This document shows, in pieces, positions 41,001 to 48,379 of a stretch of 60,069 nucleotides of DNA (within the stretch, counting starts at the first letter, position 1; each line of letters starts with the position of its first letter). The stretch comes from Gemmatimonadales bacterium. GTDB lineage: Bacteria > Gemmatimonadota > Gemmatimonadetes > Gemmatimonadales > GWC2-71-9. The DNA lies in the NCBI GenBank assembly GCA_041577295.1, contig JBFGJG010000028.1, positions 1 through 60,069 on the forward strand. The letters are read 5' to 3'. The notes under the pieces are model-generated. The model made no database searches and had not been told where the DNA came from. It was given only the letters and a program-made list of their open reading frames with translations. Made by a program: the position numbers and the translations under genes.

Positions 41001-41370
41001 CGGGGCTCGCGTGACGCGCTTTCTGGAACCAGGCGTGCTGGTCTGATGTGTGGTTGAGCACCAGTTCCGTCACCACGCGCAGGTTGCGCTTGTGTGCGGC
41101 CCGGACGAACTGCTTGAAGTCTTGCAGCGTGCCGCAATCGGGATGGACGGTGGAGTAATCGGAAATGTCGTATCCATCGTCCTTGAGCGGCGACGGATAA
41201 AATGGCAAGAGCCACAGGGTGGTGACGCCGAGATCGTGCAGGTAGTCGAGTTTTTCGGTGAGGCCCCGGAAGTCGCCAATCCCGTCGTCGTTGCTGTCAT
41301 AGAATGCGCGGACGCGCACCTCGTAGAAGATCGCGTCCTTGTACCACTGGGCGCCGTCTTTCATCGTCAC
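38035..41370 (-). CDS. treS: Trehalose synthase / maltokinase (TreS-Mak/Pep2) fusion
   Basis: GH13 TreS (RLDAVPYL, LAEANQW, FLRNHDELTLE, GIRRRLAPL) fused to a kinase (EQSNSS, HGDYHLGQ, IDFEGEP). Confidence 0.95.
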   Translation of the reverse strand: MTMKDGAQWYKDAIFYEVRVRAFYDSNDDGIGDFRGLTEKLDYLHDLGVTTLWLLPFYPSPLKDDGYDISDYSTVHPDCGTLQDFKQFVRAAHKRNLRVVTELVLNHTSDQHAWFQKARHASPGSKARDFYVWSDDPDRYKEARIIFKDFETSNWTWDRVAKAYFWHRFYSSQPDLNFDNAAVRRAVMQAMDFWFAMGVDGMRLDAVPYLYEREGTNCENLPETHEFLKTLRRHVDGKFRNRMLLAEANQWPEEAVSYFGDADECQMAFHFPIMPRLFMALHMEDRYPIVDILEQTPDIPDTAQWALFLRNHDELTLEMVTDEERDYMYRVYAHDQQARINLGIRRRLAPLLGNDRRRIELMNGLLFSLPGTPVLYYGDEIGMGDNFYLGDRNGVRTPMQWSGDRNAGFSRANPQRLYLPVVIDPEYHYETVNVEAQQQNPHSLLWWTKRLIALRKRFKAFGRGTLEFLDPSNRKVLAFLRKYGEETILVVANLSRYPQYVELDLSRYNDKMAVELFGGTDFPLIGELPYLLTLSPHGFYWFSIVAPRREEITVRTADRLPELETVKPWHRLLDDDAKQVAETLPAFLPQQRWFGGKSRRIKRAEIEDAVPVKGDGTTHAFLIFASIEYTDGRPERYAIPVGFATGDRAKWLEDHALRAVIARVTVTGDGEPVAGVLYDAIGDPEVGNAFLHAIARRRRFRGQDGSVISGRTRALNALMRDGKLDPTLMGWEQSNSSIRYGDRLVLKVFRRLGEGRNPDLEIGRFLTEKTSFTHLPPVAGQLEYHAGNGEPTTLAILQGFVPNEGDAWQFTLDDLERYFERVLVQRPTSDPVPVPEQGLVALTQGVPEPLTEELLGGYLESARMLGQRTAEMHAALASDPQDPQFAPEPFTRLYQRSLYQSMRNLSTNVFHALGETLPSLPKTIKPEAERVLGLKSKVLRALRAVADHRIRAQRIRCHGDYHLGQLLWTGKDFVVIDFEGEPARPIGERRIKRSPLRDVAGLLRSFHYAAATVLATRVIGNMVPDDEAAQVEPWGRFWQAWASSAFLRAYVEHLDGTGLLPSDPAELELLLNTYLLDKALYEFGYELNNRPDWVWIPLRGILQLVEPPARG

Positions 41371-43358
41371 CGTCGTCGTTTGACGTGCAGGATATGTGCG
41401 ACTTGCTCGGCTGGGTCGAGACGGACGTAGTTCCGCGTACCACGCCAGGTGTACCGTGTCCCGGTCATCAGATCGTCGACGTCAAACAGTTCGTCCTCCC
41501 CGATGCCGATGTCGGCTAGCGGTACATGCACGTGGGTTTGCTGCGGGTGTTGCGGATCGAGGTTCACAGCCACGAGGATGTGATCGTCGCCCGCTGCTTT
41601 GTGGTACCAGAGGATCTGCTCGTTCTCCGTTGGGCAGAACCGCAGGTTGGCGAGCCGCTGGAGCGCCGGATGCTCACGGCGGATCTCGTTGATCCGTCGA
41701 ATCTCACTGTTCAGGTTGCCGGGGGCATCCCAGTCGCGAACCCGAATCTCGTATTTCTCGGAGTTTAAGTACTCTTCGCTGCCCGCTCGGACCGGGGTGT
41801 TCTCGCACAGCTCGAAGCCCGAGTAAATCCCGTACAACGGCGACAGAGTCGCCGCCAAGACCAATCGCACGCGGAACGCCGGCCGCCCGCCGCGCTGTAG
41901 GTACTCGTGCAGAATATCGGGCGTGTTGACGAAGAAGTGCGGCCGGAAGTACTCCGCCATCTCAGTCTGCGTGAGCTCGGTGACGTACTCACGGAGCTCG
42001 GAGGGTGTGTTGCGCCAGGTGAAATACGTGTAGGACTCCGTGAACCCCAGTTTGGCGAGTCCTCTCATTCGGGCAGGCCGCGTAAACGCCTCACTCAGGA
42101 AGATCGCCTCGGGACACCGGCTCTTGACCTCCCCGAGCACCCACTCCCAGAACGCAAACGGCTTGGTGTGAGGGTTATCCACGCGGAAGATCTTGACACC
42201 GCGGTCGATCCAGAACAGGAAGATGTCGCGACAGGCACGCCACAATCCCATGTAATCGTCGCACCAGAAGTTGAGCGGGAAGATGTCCTCGTACTTCTTG
42301 GGAGGATTCTCCGCATACTTGATGGAGCCATCGGGGCGAACGTAGAACCACTCAGGGTGCTCTTCCACCCACGGGTGATCTGGTGAGCATTGCAGCGCGT
42401 AGTCCAGTGCCACCTCCATCCCGAGCTGCTCGGCGCGCTCAACGAAGCGTTCGAAATCCGCAACTGTCCCCAGCTTCGGCTCCACCGCAGTGTGGCCTCC
42501 GTCCTCGCTGCCAATCGCCCACGGACTTCCTGGATCACCGGGCGCCGCCACCAGCGCGTTGTTGCGGCCCTTCCGGTTGGTCCTCCCGATAGGGTGGATT
42601 GGAGGGAGATACACGACGTCAAACCCGAGCTCCGCCAAAGCCGGTAACCGTTTTTCCGCGTCCGCGAACGTCCCGTGCCTCGTGGGATCGGGTGTCTGTG
42701 ACCGCGGGAACAACTCGTACCACGCGGCACAGCTGGCGAGCGAACGGTCGACCTCCACCGGAAACTCACGGGCGACGCGGGTGACGTCGGACGGTTGTAG
42801 GAACCGCTGCATGAGCCGGGAGAGCTCTCCGGAGATGGCGAGCTTGGCACGCGCCAGCGATGGTCGGGTCTCGTCACGCAACTCTCGGGCGATGCGTGCG
42901 AGGTTGGCCTGCGCCTGGCCGGTGGCCCGCCGGTGGGCCTCATCGATCATGCGAGCGCCTTCGAGCAGGTCTGGATGGGTATCCTGGCCCGCTTCGGCCT
43001 TCTTCTCGAGATCGCGGCACCAACTTCCAAATCGATCGGTCCACGCTTCGACCGTGAAGGTCCAACGGCCCATCCGGTCGACCCGGAACGAGCCGCGGCA
43101 GCGGTCTAAGTCCTTTTCATACGTCATGGAAGCGATGCGCGGAACGCGGTCTCCCGGGCCACGGTAGCGAATCCGCGCCGCGACCAGATCGTGTCCCTCT
43201 CGATATACGGTTGCCTCGACCTCGACGAGGTCACCCACCGTCCGCTTCACCGGATACCGCCCGACGTCCAGCGTCGGCTTGACGTATTCGATAACGAGGC
43301 GCGGAAAGGAGGGGGTGACGGGTCTCGAGGTCGTCGGACGAGTCGAAGCCATCGTCAT
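41367..43358 (-). CDS. glgE: Alpha-1,4-glucan:maltose-1-phosphate maltosyltransferase
   Basis: WYELFPRS, PGSPWAIG, ENPPKKYEDI, FRVDNPHTKP, LSEAFT, NTPDIL, SEKYE. Confidence 0.97.
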   Translation of the reverse strand: MTMASTRPTTSRPVTPSFPRLVIEYVKPTLDVGRYPVKRTVGDLVEVEATVYREGHDLVAARIRYRGPGDRVPRIASMTYEKDLDRCRGSFRVDRMGRWTFTVEAWTDRFGSWCRDLEKKAEAGQDTHPDLLEGARMIDEAHRRATGQAQANLARIARELRDETRPSLARAKLAISGELSRLMQRFLQPSDVTRVAREFPVEVDRSLASCAAWYELFPRSQTPDPTRHGTFADAEKRLPALAELGFDVVYLPPIHPIGRTNRKGRNNALVAAPGDPGSPWAIGSEDGGHTAVEPKLGTVADFERFVERAEQLGMEVALDYALQCSPDHPWVEEHPEWFYVRPDGSIKYAENPPKKYEDIFPLNFWCDDYMGLWRACRDIFLFWIDRGVKIFRVDNPHTKPFAFWEWVLGEVKSRCPEAIFLSEAFTRPARMRGLAKLGFTESYTYFTWRNTPSELREYVTELTQTEMAEYFRPHFFVNTPDILHEYLQRGGRPAFRVRLVLAATLSPLYGIYSGFELCENTPVRAGSEEYLNSEKYEIRVRDWDAPGNLNSEIRRINEIRREHPALQRLANLRFCPTENEQILWYHKAAGDDHILVAVNLDPQHPQQTHVHVPLADIGIGEDELFDVDDLMTGTRYTWRGTRNYVRLDPAEQVAHILHVKRRR

Positions 43359-43420
43359 GGCTCTTATCGTAACGAATCGGCGGGAAGGTGCAAATGGGGA
43401 TGGGGTGGGGCAGGCGCGAT

Positions 43421-43447
43421 AGGCTGGGGAGGCAGAAGAGGCAGAAG
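43421..43447. repeat. Nonamer array
   Basis: AGGCTGGGG/AGGCAGAAG/AGGCAGAAG. Confidence 0.5.
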
Positions 43448-43472
43448 GACCATCCGATTACATTCCGGTCCC

Positions 43473-44111
43473 ATGATTCGATACACGCGACGCTTTGCTC
43501 TTCTGGAGCGTTCCTTTGCCAGCCGGTATGGAGCGCCGGTGATTCGGCGGGTGGACCTCGAGATCTTTCACCGCACGTATTTCACGCATTGCCTGCGCTG
43601 CACGTACTGTCACGACGCCTGTTGCGATCACGGTGTGGACGTCGATCTGTGGCACGTCCGACAGATCGAGCAGTGGGCCGACGAGATCGAAACGTACACG
43701 GGGATCTCGCGTGACCGATGGTTCACCAGCGAGGTAGAACGGGATCCGGAGGTGCCCGGTGGCGCGTCACGTCGCACGCGAGTCAAAGACGGGCACTGCG
43801 TCTTCCTCAACCGGCGGGGGCGAGGGTGCCTGCTCCACTCCTTCTGTAACGATCACGACTTGGACTACCACGATCTAAAGTCCATGGTCGACTGCCTCTT
43901 TCCGCTCTCCTTCTACGAACAGACCTTGTGCACCGCCGATGACGTGGCCGACGATTCGCTGATCTGTCTCAATGAGGGTCCCACGCTGTACCGCGGCCTC
44001 CGGCACGAGCTCGAGTACTACTTCGGAAAAGAGTTTATCTCTCACCTCGATGAGGTTGAGAAAACGGTGGCAGGGCGAACGGACAGATGGAAGCACGGGG
44101 AGACCGTATGA
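43473..44111 (+). CDS. Cys-rich putative metal/Fe-S protein (DUF3109/YkgJ-like)
   Basis: CLRCTYCHDACCDHG, TRVKDGHCVFLN, GCLLH, DCLFP. Start moved to ATG 43473. Confidence 0.7.
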   Translation: MIRYTRRFALLERSFASRYGAPVIRRVDLEIFHRTYFTHCLRCTYCHDACCDHGVDVDLWHVRQIEQWADEIETYTGISRDRWFTSEVERDPEVPGGASRRTRVKDGHCVFLNRRGRGCLLHSFCNDHDLDYHDLKSMVDCLFPLSFYEQTLCTADDVADDSLICLNEGPTLYRGLRHELEYYFGKEFISHLDEVEKTVAGRTDRWKHGETV

Positions 44112-44157
44112 CAGTAGGGATGCTCCGCCAACCCTTCCAACCTTCCGGCTTTCCATC
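44079..44157. repeat. Inverted pair of degenerate octamer arrays
   Basis: ACGGACAG/ATGGAAGC/ACGGGGAG and CTTCCAAC/CTTCCGGC/TTTCCATC. Confidence 0.55.
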
Positions 44158-44163
44158 TTTGTC

Positions 44164-44808
44164 CTATTTCAGTTCGAGAAACCGATATCCTCCAATTACA
44201 ACCAACTCGCCCCGGTCGAAGGCGACCGGAGCGGTAAAGTTCGGTCCATCGTAGACGAAGGTGTGGAACTCCCCGTGTTCACCACAAGGATCCACGTTTG
44301 GCCTGGTGGCAAGGGTATCGAGGAGTTCGTGATCGAGCTCTCGGCCGACGAGATCGGCGGCGCCGAGCTGCAGGTCGCCGGATACGAGTAGCGCACGGAA
44401 GCCGCGGTCGACCACCTCCCGCGCGAGCGTGGCTGGCTCCTCCCCCCACAGCGGTTCGATGTGGTGTAGCCCCGTTTCCTTGACGCGATCCTCGTACCAG
44501 GCACGAACGTCCTCCAGATGGATGTTTCCGAATACCACACCAGTAATGCCGTGGCGCGCAAGCCGGGCCAGGAGATCGAGAAAGCTGGCCTCGAAGTCCT
44601 CCGGAGCCGTCGCGACGGTCAGCGGGTCCAGGCCGAGCGCGCGGGCCTGGGCGATGATGAGTTCCCGTCGGACGCCATGAAACCGCACGCGACCCGAGTC
44701 GTGATCATAGATGTTGGCAAAAACGCGCACCTGGATTCCCGCGCGTTGCGCGCGGTCCAAAGCAAGCGTCGAGTCTTTCCCACCACTGGTCATGAGCGCG
44801 TAGGCCAT
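44164..44808 (-). CDS. PP-loop ATPase, diphthine--ammonia ligase-like (DUF71)
   Basis: SGGKDS, HGVR, FGNIHLED, PLWG, DPCGE.GEFHTFVYDGP. Confidence 0.9.
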   Translation of the reverse strand: MAYALMTSGGKDSTLALDRAQRAGIQVRVFANIYDHDSGRVRFHGVRRELIIAQARALGLDPLTVATAPEDFEASFLDLLARLARHGITGVVFGNIHLEDVRAWYEDRVKETGLHHIEPLWGEEPATLAREVVDRGFRALLVSGDLQLGAADLVGRELDHELLDTLATRPNVDPCGEHGEFHTFVYDGPNFTAPVAFDRGELVVIGGYRFLELK

Positions 44809-44972
44809 GATACAAACATAGGGAACTCACACCCGGCGTAGTGGGAGCGCAGGCCGCTCCACTTGACGGTGCGGGGTCTGGCGTGATCTTCTCAACGCGA
44901 CGTGGTCGCATCGGCCTCGCGGCCGAGATGCGTCCATCTGCTCCGAAACAGGCTGGCTGAGAGGTGTAGGGC

Positions 44973-45428
44973 ATGCGGAGTCGGACGGATCACAAAGAGG
45001 TCTACCAGCCTGGCGACATCATCGTCCGCGAGGGCGAAGAGACTCGGGAGATGTTCGTCATTCAGGAAGGTGAAGTGGTGGTGACGAAGAATGTGGCGGG
45101 CAAGGAGCTGGAGCTGGCGCGCCTCGGACGGGGGAGTTTCTTCGGCGAGATGTCGCTGCTCGAATCGATGCCCCGCAACGCCACCGTGCAGGCATCAGTG
45201 AAGACCAGGCTCCTGGTCATCAAACCGGGGTCACTTCTGCTCACGATTCGTCGAGATCCGACCTTTGCGTTCGAGATGCTCCAGCACATGAGCCGGCGGA
45301 TCCGGGACATGGATGAGCGACTCGTCGAGATCATACGCTCGGGGAAGTCTCCCGCCGAGATGTCGAAGGAGATCGAGCGTATGCGTGCCACGTCGGAGTA
45401 TCGTGCGCTGACGGAAGATCCCGAGTGA
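44973..45428 (+). CDS. Stand-alone cyclic nucleotide-binding domain protein
   Basis: GDIIVREGE, MFVIQEGEV, FFGEMSLL...RNATV; no HTH. Confidence 0.9.
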   Translation: MRSRTDHKEVYQPGDIIVREGEETREMFVIQEGEVVVTKNVAGKELELARLGRGSFFGEMSLLESMPRNATVQASVKTRLLVIKPGSLLLTIRRDPTFAFEMLQHMSRRIRDMDERLVEIIRSGKSPAEMSKEIERMRATSEYRALTEDPE

Positions 45429-46246
45429 GAACGACGGTCTCGGAGCAACGGCTCCTCGTTGTTTCGGACGTTCATCTGGGCAACCGGTTGTTTCGGGCTC
45501 GCCAGCCGTTCATCGAGTTCCTCAATTACGCCTTGGCAAACAACTACAGCCTGTGCATCAATGGTGATGGCGTCGATATCATGCAGACCTCGATCATGCA
45601 GATATCGCGGGATCTTGCGGCATGTACAGGGCCGATGCAGAAGTTTCTGCGAAACGGACTCAAGGTGTACTACGTGGTGGGAAACCACGACATCGTGTTG
45701 GAGCACTTCCTGGATGACTGGGAGATCGTGCACGTGGTTCCGTTCCTCAACGTGCTATCTGGTGAGACGCGGATCCGGATCGAGCACGGTCATCTCTACG
45801 ACGACATGTTCGTGCGCTTCCCGGGCTTTTATCACTTCGTGACGATCATCGGTGGACTGGCCTTGCGGATCCACCCCAAGGTCTATCACGGCATGGATAA
45901 GCTGAAGGAGTCCTTGCTCAAACTTCGGCGCAGCGCCCGGGCGACCGTGGATTTGGAGGAGGCAAGCGAGGAGTACATTCCGGGTGAGGCGCCCAGCTTT
46001 CGTGAAGCTGCTGTACGTATCTCCGAGCGTGGCTTCGATTACGTGATCTTCGGCCACACGCACAAGATTGGTCGGGCGCGTGTGGGCAATGGCGCCACCT
46101 ATATGAACACTGGGAGCTGGATGTTTCGCCCGCACTTCGTGGAGATTGCGGACGGGGCCGTATCACTCAAGCCAGTCGTCAGCAAGGACGCGGGCTTGGT
46201 ACGAGAGTCGTGGACGACGCTGATGGAGCATTGGTTGAAACGGTGA
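45425..46246 (+). CDS. Calcineurin-like metallophosphoesterase (LpxH2-like)
   Basis: SDVHLG, NGD, GNHD, EHGH, FGHTH, NTGSW. GTGA overlap with the cNMP gene. Confidence 0.85.
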   Translation: MRTTVSEQRLLVVSDVHLGNRLFRARQPFIEFLNYALANNYSLCINGDGVDIMQTSIMQISRDLAACTGPMQKFLRNGLKVYYVVGNHDIVLEHFLDDWEIVHVVPFLNVLSGETRIRIEHGHLYDDMFVRFPGFYHFVTIIGGLALRIHPKVYHGMDKLKESLLKLRRSARATVDLEEASEEYIPGEAPSFREAAVRISERGFDYVIFGHTHKIGRARVGNGATYMNTGSWMFRPHFVEIADGAVSLKPVVSKDAGLVRESWTTLMEHWLKR

Positions 46247-46276
46247 ACTCTTCTAAGCAGCACCCAGTGAGCAGGA

Positions 46277-47290
46277 CTACTCCATAGACCCACCGCGGCG
46301 GCCGGAGTCTCGGAGGTCGCGCAGCTCCCTGGGGTAGGGTGCGAAGTAGCGTTGGCCCGCAAGATAGTCTTCGTCAAACCGCGTGATCCAGGACTGCATG
46401 ACGGCAAGCGGGCCGGTCAGGGACTCTCGACCCTCTCGGAAGACTTCCAACGCATCCAGAAAAAAGGCCTTTTCGTCCGCGGACAGGCGCTCGGAGAAAT
46501 AGCCGAGCGCGTGCATCAGCACATTTATGTGTGCTTTGCGCCGGGCGGGACGGGCCAGCGCGTGCGCAAAGTGTTCCTCGTAGTCTCCGAGCACGCGATC
46601 GATCGGATGACGCTCCGCGTTCGCGACGATCCTTCCGAGCGTGCGGAGCACGCTCTGGTTGTACGCCAGCAGAATGAACTTGTTCGCAGTATGAAAGCTC
46701 ACCAACTCAGCCATCGTGCTGACCTCCTTCACGTGTCGAAACGAGGCGAGCGCAAACAGCTTGGTGAGGAAGTGATGACGGATCTGGAGGTTGGTGAGTC
46801 GCCCCTCGTCTTCCACCGCCGCTTTTGGAAACCGTTCGAGCACGGCCGCGCCGAACATACCGGGGCCTTTGCCCATCGGGTTTGGTGTATCGCCCCCTGC
46901 GTGGACTTTGGTGTCCTTGATCCCGCAGGACGGTGAGCGACTCTTCAGCACGAAGCCGTCCGCCTCATTGAGCTCGCTCAAGAACCGCTCGCTGAACGAG
47001 TGCATGGCGTTAGTGAGGTCTTTCCCCGTGCTCGGCTGAATCAGGTGGAGCTTCCGGTCGATGGTGACCAGGCGAATAGGATCCCTCGGAACGCCCAGCC
47101 CAATCTCGACCTCCGGACAAACGGCGCGGAGCTCCGTGTGCGGCTCCAGTTGCAGAATGAACGGTGCGCGGATCGCCTGGCCGTTGTACCGACAGGCCTC
47201 GAACTCGAGACACTTGCTCACCACCACAACCGGGCGGGGGAAACCCGCCGGCCAGCTGGGAGGTTCCTTTGATTTGGCGGCCGTCGTCAT
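46277..47290 (-). CDS. DUF523-DUF1722 fusion (TudS/RudS-like Fe-S desulfidase)
   Basis: SKCL..RYNG, VCPEV.IGLG.PR, KSRSPSCG, EDEGRL, then FH..NK..LLA, NVLMH..GYF, YL..Q.YF.PYP. Start ATG 47290. Confidence 0.9.
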   Translation of the reverse strand: MTTAAKSKEPPSWPAGFPRPVVVVSKCLEFEACRYNGQAIRAPFILQLEPHTELRAVCPEVEIGLGVPRDPIRLVTIDRKLHLIQPSTGKDLTNAMHSFSERFLSELNEADGFVLKSRSPSCGIKDTKVHAGGDTPNPMGKGPGMFGAAVLERFPKAAVEDEGRLTNLQIRHHFLTKLFALASFRHVKEVSTMAELVSFHTANKFILLAYNQSVLRTLGRIVANAERHPIDRVLGDYEEHFAHALARPARRKAHINVLMHALGYFSERLSADEKAFFLDALEVFREGRESLTGPLAVMQSWITRFDEDYLAGQRYFAPYPRELRDLRDSGRRGGSME

Positions 47291-47447
47291 TGCCGGCGGA
47301 AGGTAACCGCGCGGCCGGGGGAAGGGGAAACGCCGGAGCGGAACAGGGAATTGAAGTCGGGGATAAAGAAACAGGTCTGGTGGAAAAGATGGAAAAGGAA
47401 AAGGGGAACGGGAACCCAAACTCTTAGCGGAAATTGGATTGCTGCCT

Positions 47448-48287
47448 ATGACGCAAGCGTCGTCTTGGAAAATCCTTCGTGTGGCTGGCGTAGCTGTTGC
47501 CGGCGTGGCATGTACGGATCTGTTTGGCGGGAGCGCGATCGAGGGTCGGTGGGACTTCGTCGAAATGCTGTCGGATGAGGCCGGGACCGTCATGTGCAGT
47601 GACACGGGCAGTTTTCTCATCTCGAAGAAGGGCCGTGAGTTGAGTGGCGACTTTCACCAAGTTGGGACGTGCTCCAACGGATCGGTCACCATCGACATCG
47701 CGCATGAGTTTCCGATCGCTGAGGGAACCGAAGAGGGTGGCAGTGTCAGGTTCACGAAGGTGGATACGTTGGACGTCCTTCCGGAGCTCAACTGCACGTA
47801 TAGACTTGCGAAAAACGATGGACTCGAGGGAACCGTCGAGTGTTTTCGGTTCTCGGGGACCTTTCGCGCGCGCCCAGCGTCGGGACGGTCACGTTCGGTG
47901 ACCATCGCGCCGGACCCTGCCACTTTGCTCGTCGGCGGACAGATCCAACTCGTCGCGGAGACCCGGGAGTCCGACGCGCAGCGGGTGTTTCGACAGGCGA
48001 TTTGGCGTTCGGAGACGCCTGCGGTCGCCAAAGTGGATGCTAGTGGGTTGGTTACGGGACTCGCACCCGGCACCGCACTCATTCGCGCGCAAGCTGGCGG
48101 AAGGGTAAACGACCTCACGGTTGCGGTGACGCTCACCGAATACGAGTCGATTCACGCCGCGCTGGGTTACACGTGTGCGCTGCCAGGAATTGGTGAGGCG
48201 CTTTGCTGGGGGTCGAACCAATTCGGTCAGCTCGGCAACGGGAACACGGTGGCGCGGAGCACGCCAGAGCGGGTGGTGGGGCAGTAG
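47448..48287 (+). CDS. Lipoprotein with a bacterial Ig-like (Big_2) domain and a single RCC1 repeat, probably C-terminally truncated
   Basis: GVAC lipobox-like, WRSETPAVAKVDASGLVTGLAPG, TCAL..GEALCWGSNQFGQLGNG then stop. Confidence 0.7.
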   Translation: MTQASSWKILRVAGVAVAGVACTDLFGGSAIEGRWDFVEMLSDEAGTVMCSDTGSFLISKKGRELSGDFHQVGTCSNGSVTIDIAHEFPIAEGTEEGGSVRFTKVDTLDVLPELNCTYRLAKNDGLEGTVECFRFSGTFRARPASGRSRSVTIAPDPATLLVGGQIQLVAETRESDAQRVFRQAIWRSETPAVAKVDASGLVTGLAPGTALIRAQAGGRVNDLTVAVTLTEYESIHAALGYTCALPGIGEALCWGSNQFGQLGNGNTVARSTPERVVGQ

Positions 48288-48379
48288 GGCGATCGCGCGG
48301 ACAGGCAGAGGGGCGCGGTAGATCCCGAGGGTTAGCGTAGAACCGGAGCGGTCTCCGCCCGACCGCCTGACCGCCCCTT

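Noticed and set aside
43396..43429. G-quadruplex-like G runs (also 1305-1334)
   Set aside because: Common by chance at this GC content, one loop is long, and the runs are partly explained by the repeat arrays
44956..44964. GCTGAGAGG resembling a TPP riboswitch core
   Set aside because: The downstream CCTGA...AATxC...GCGxAGG elements are absent and the ATG follows 8 nt later; probably part of the SD
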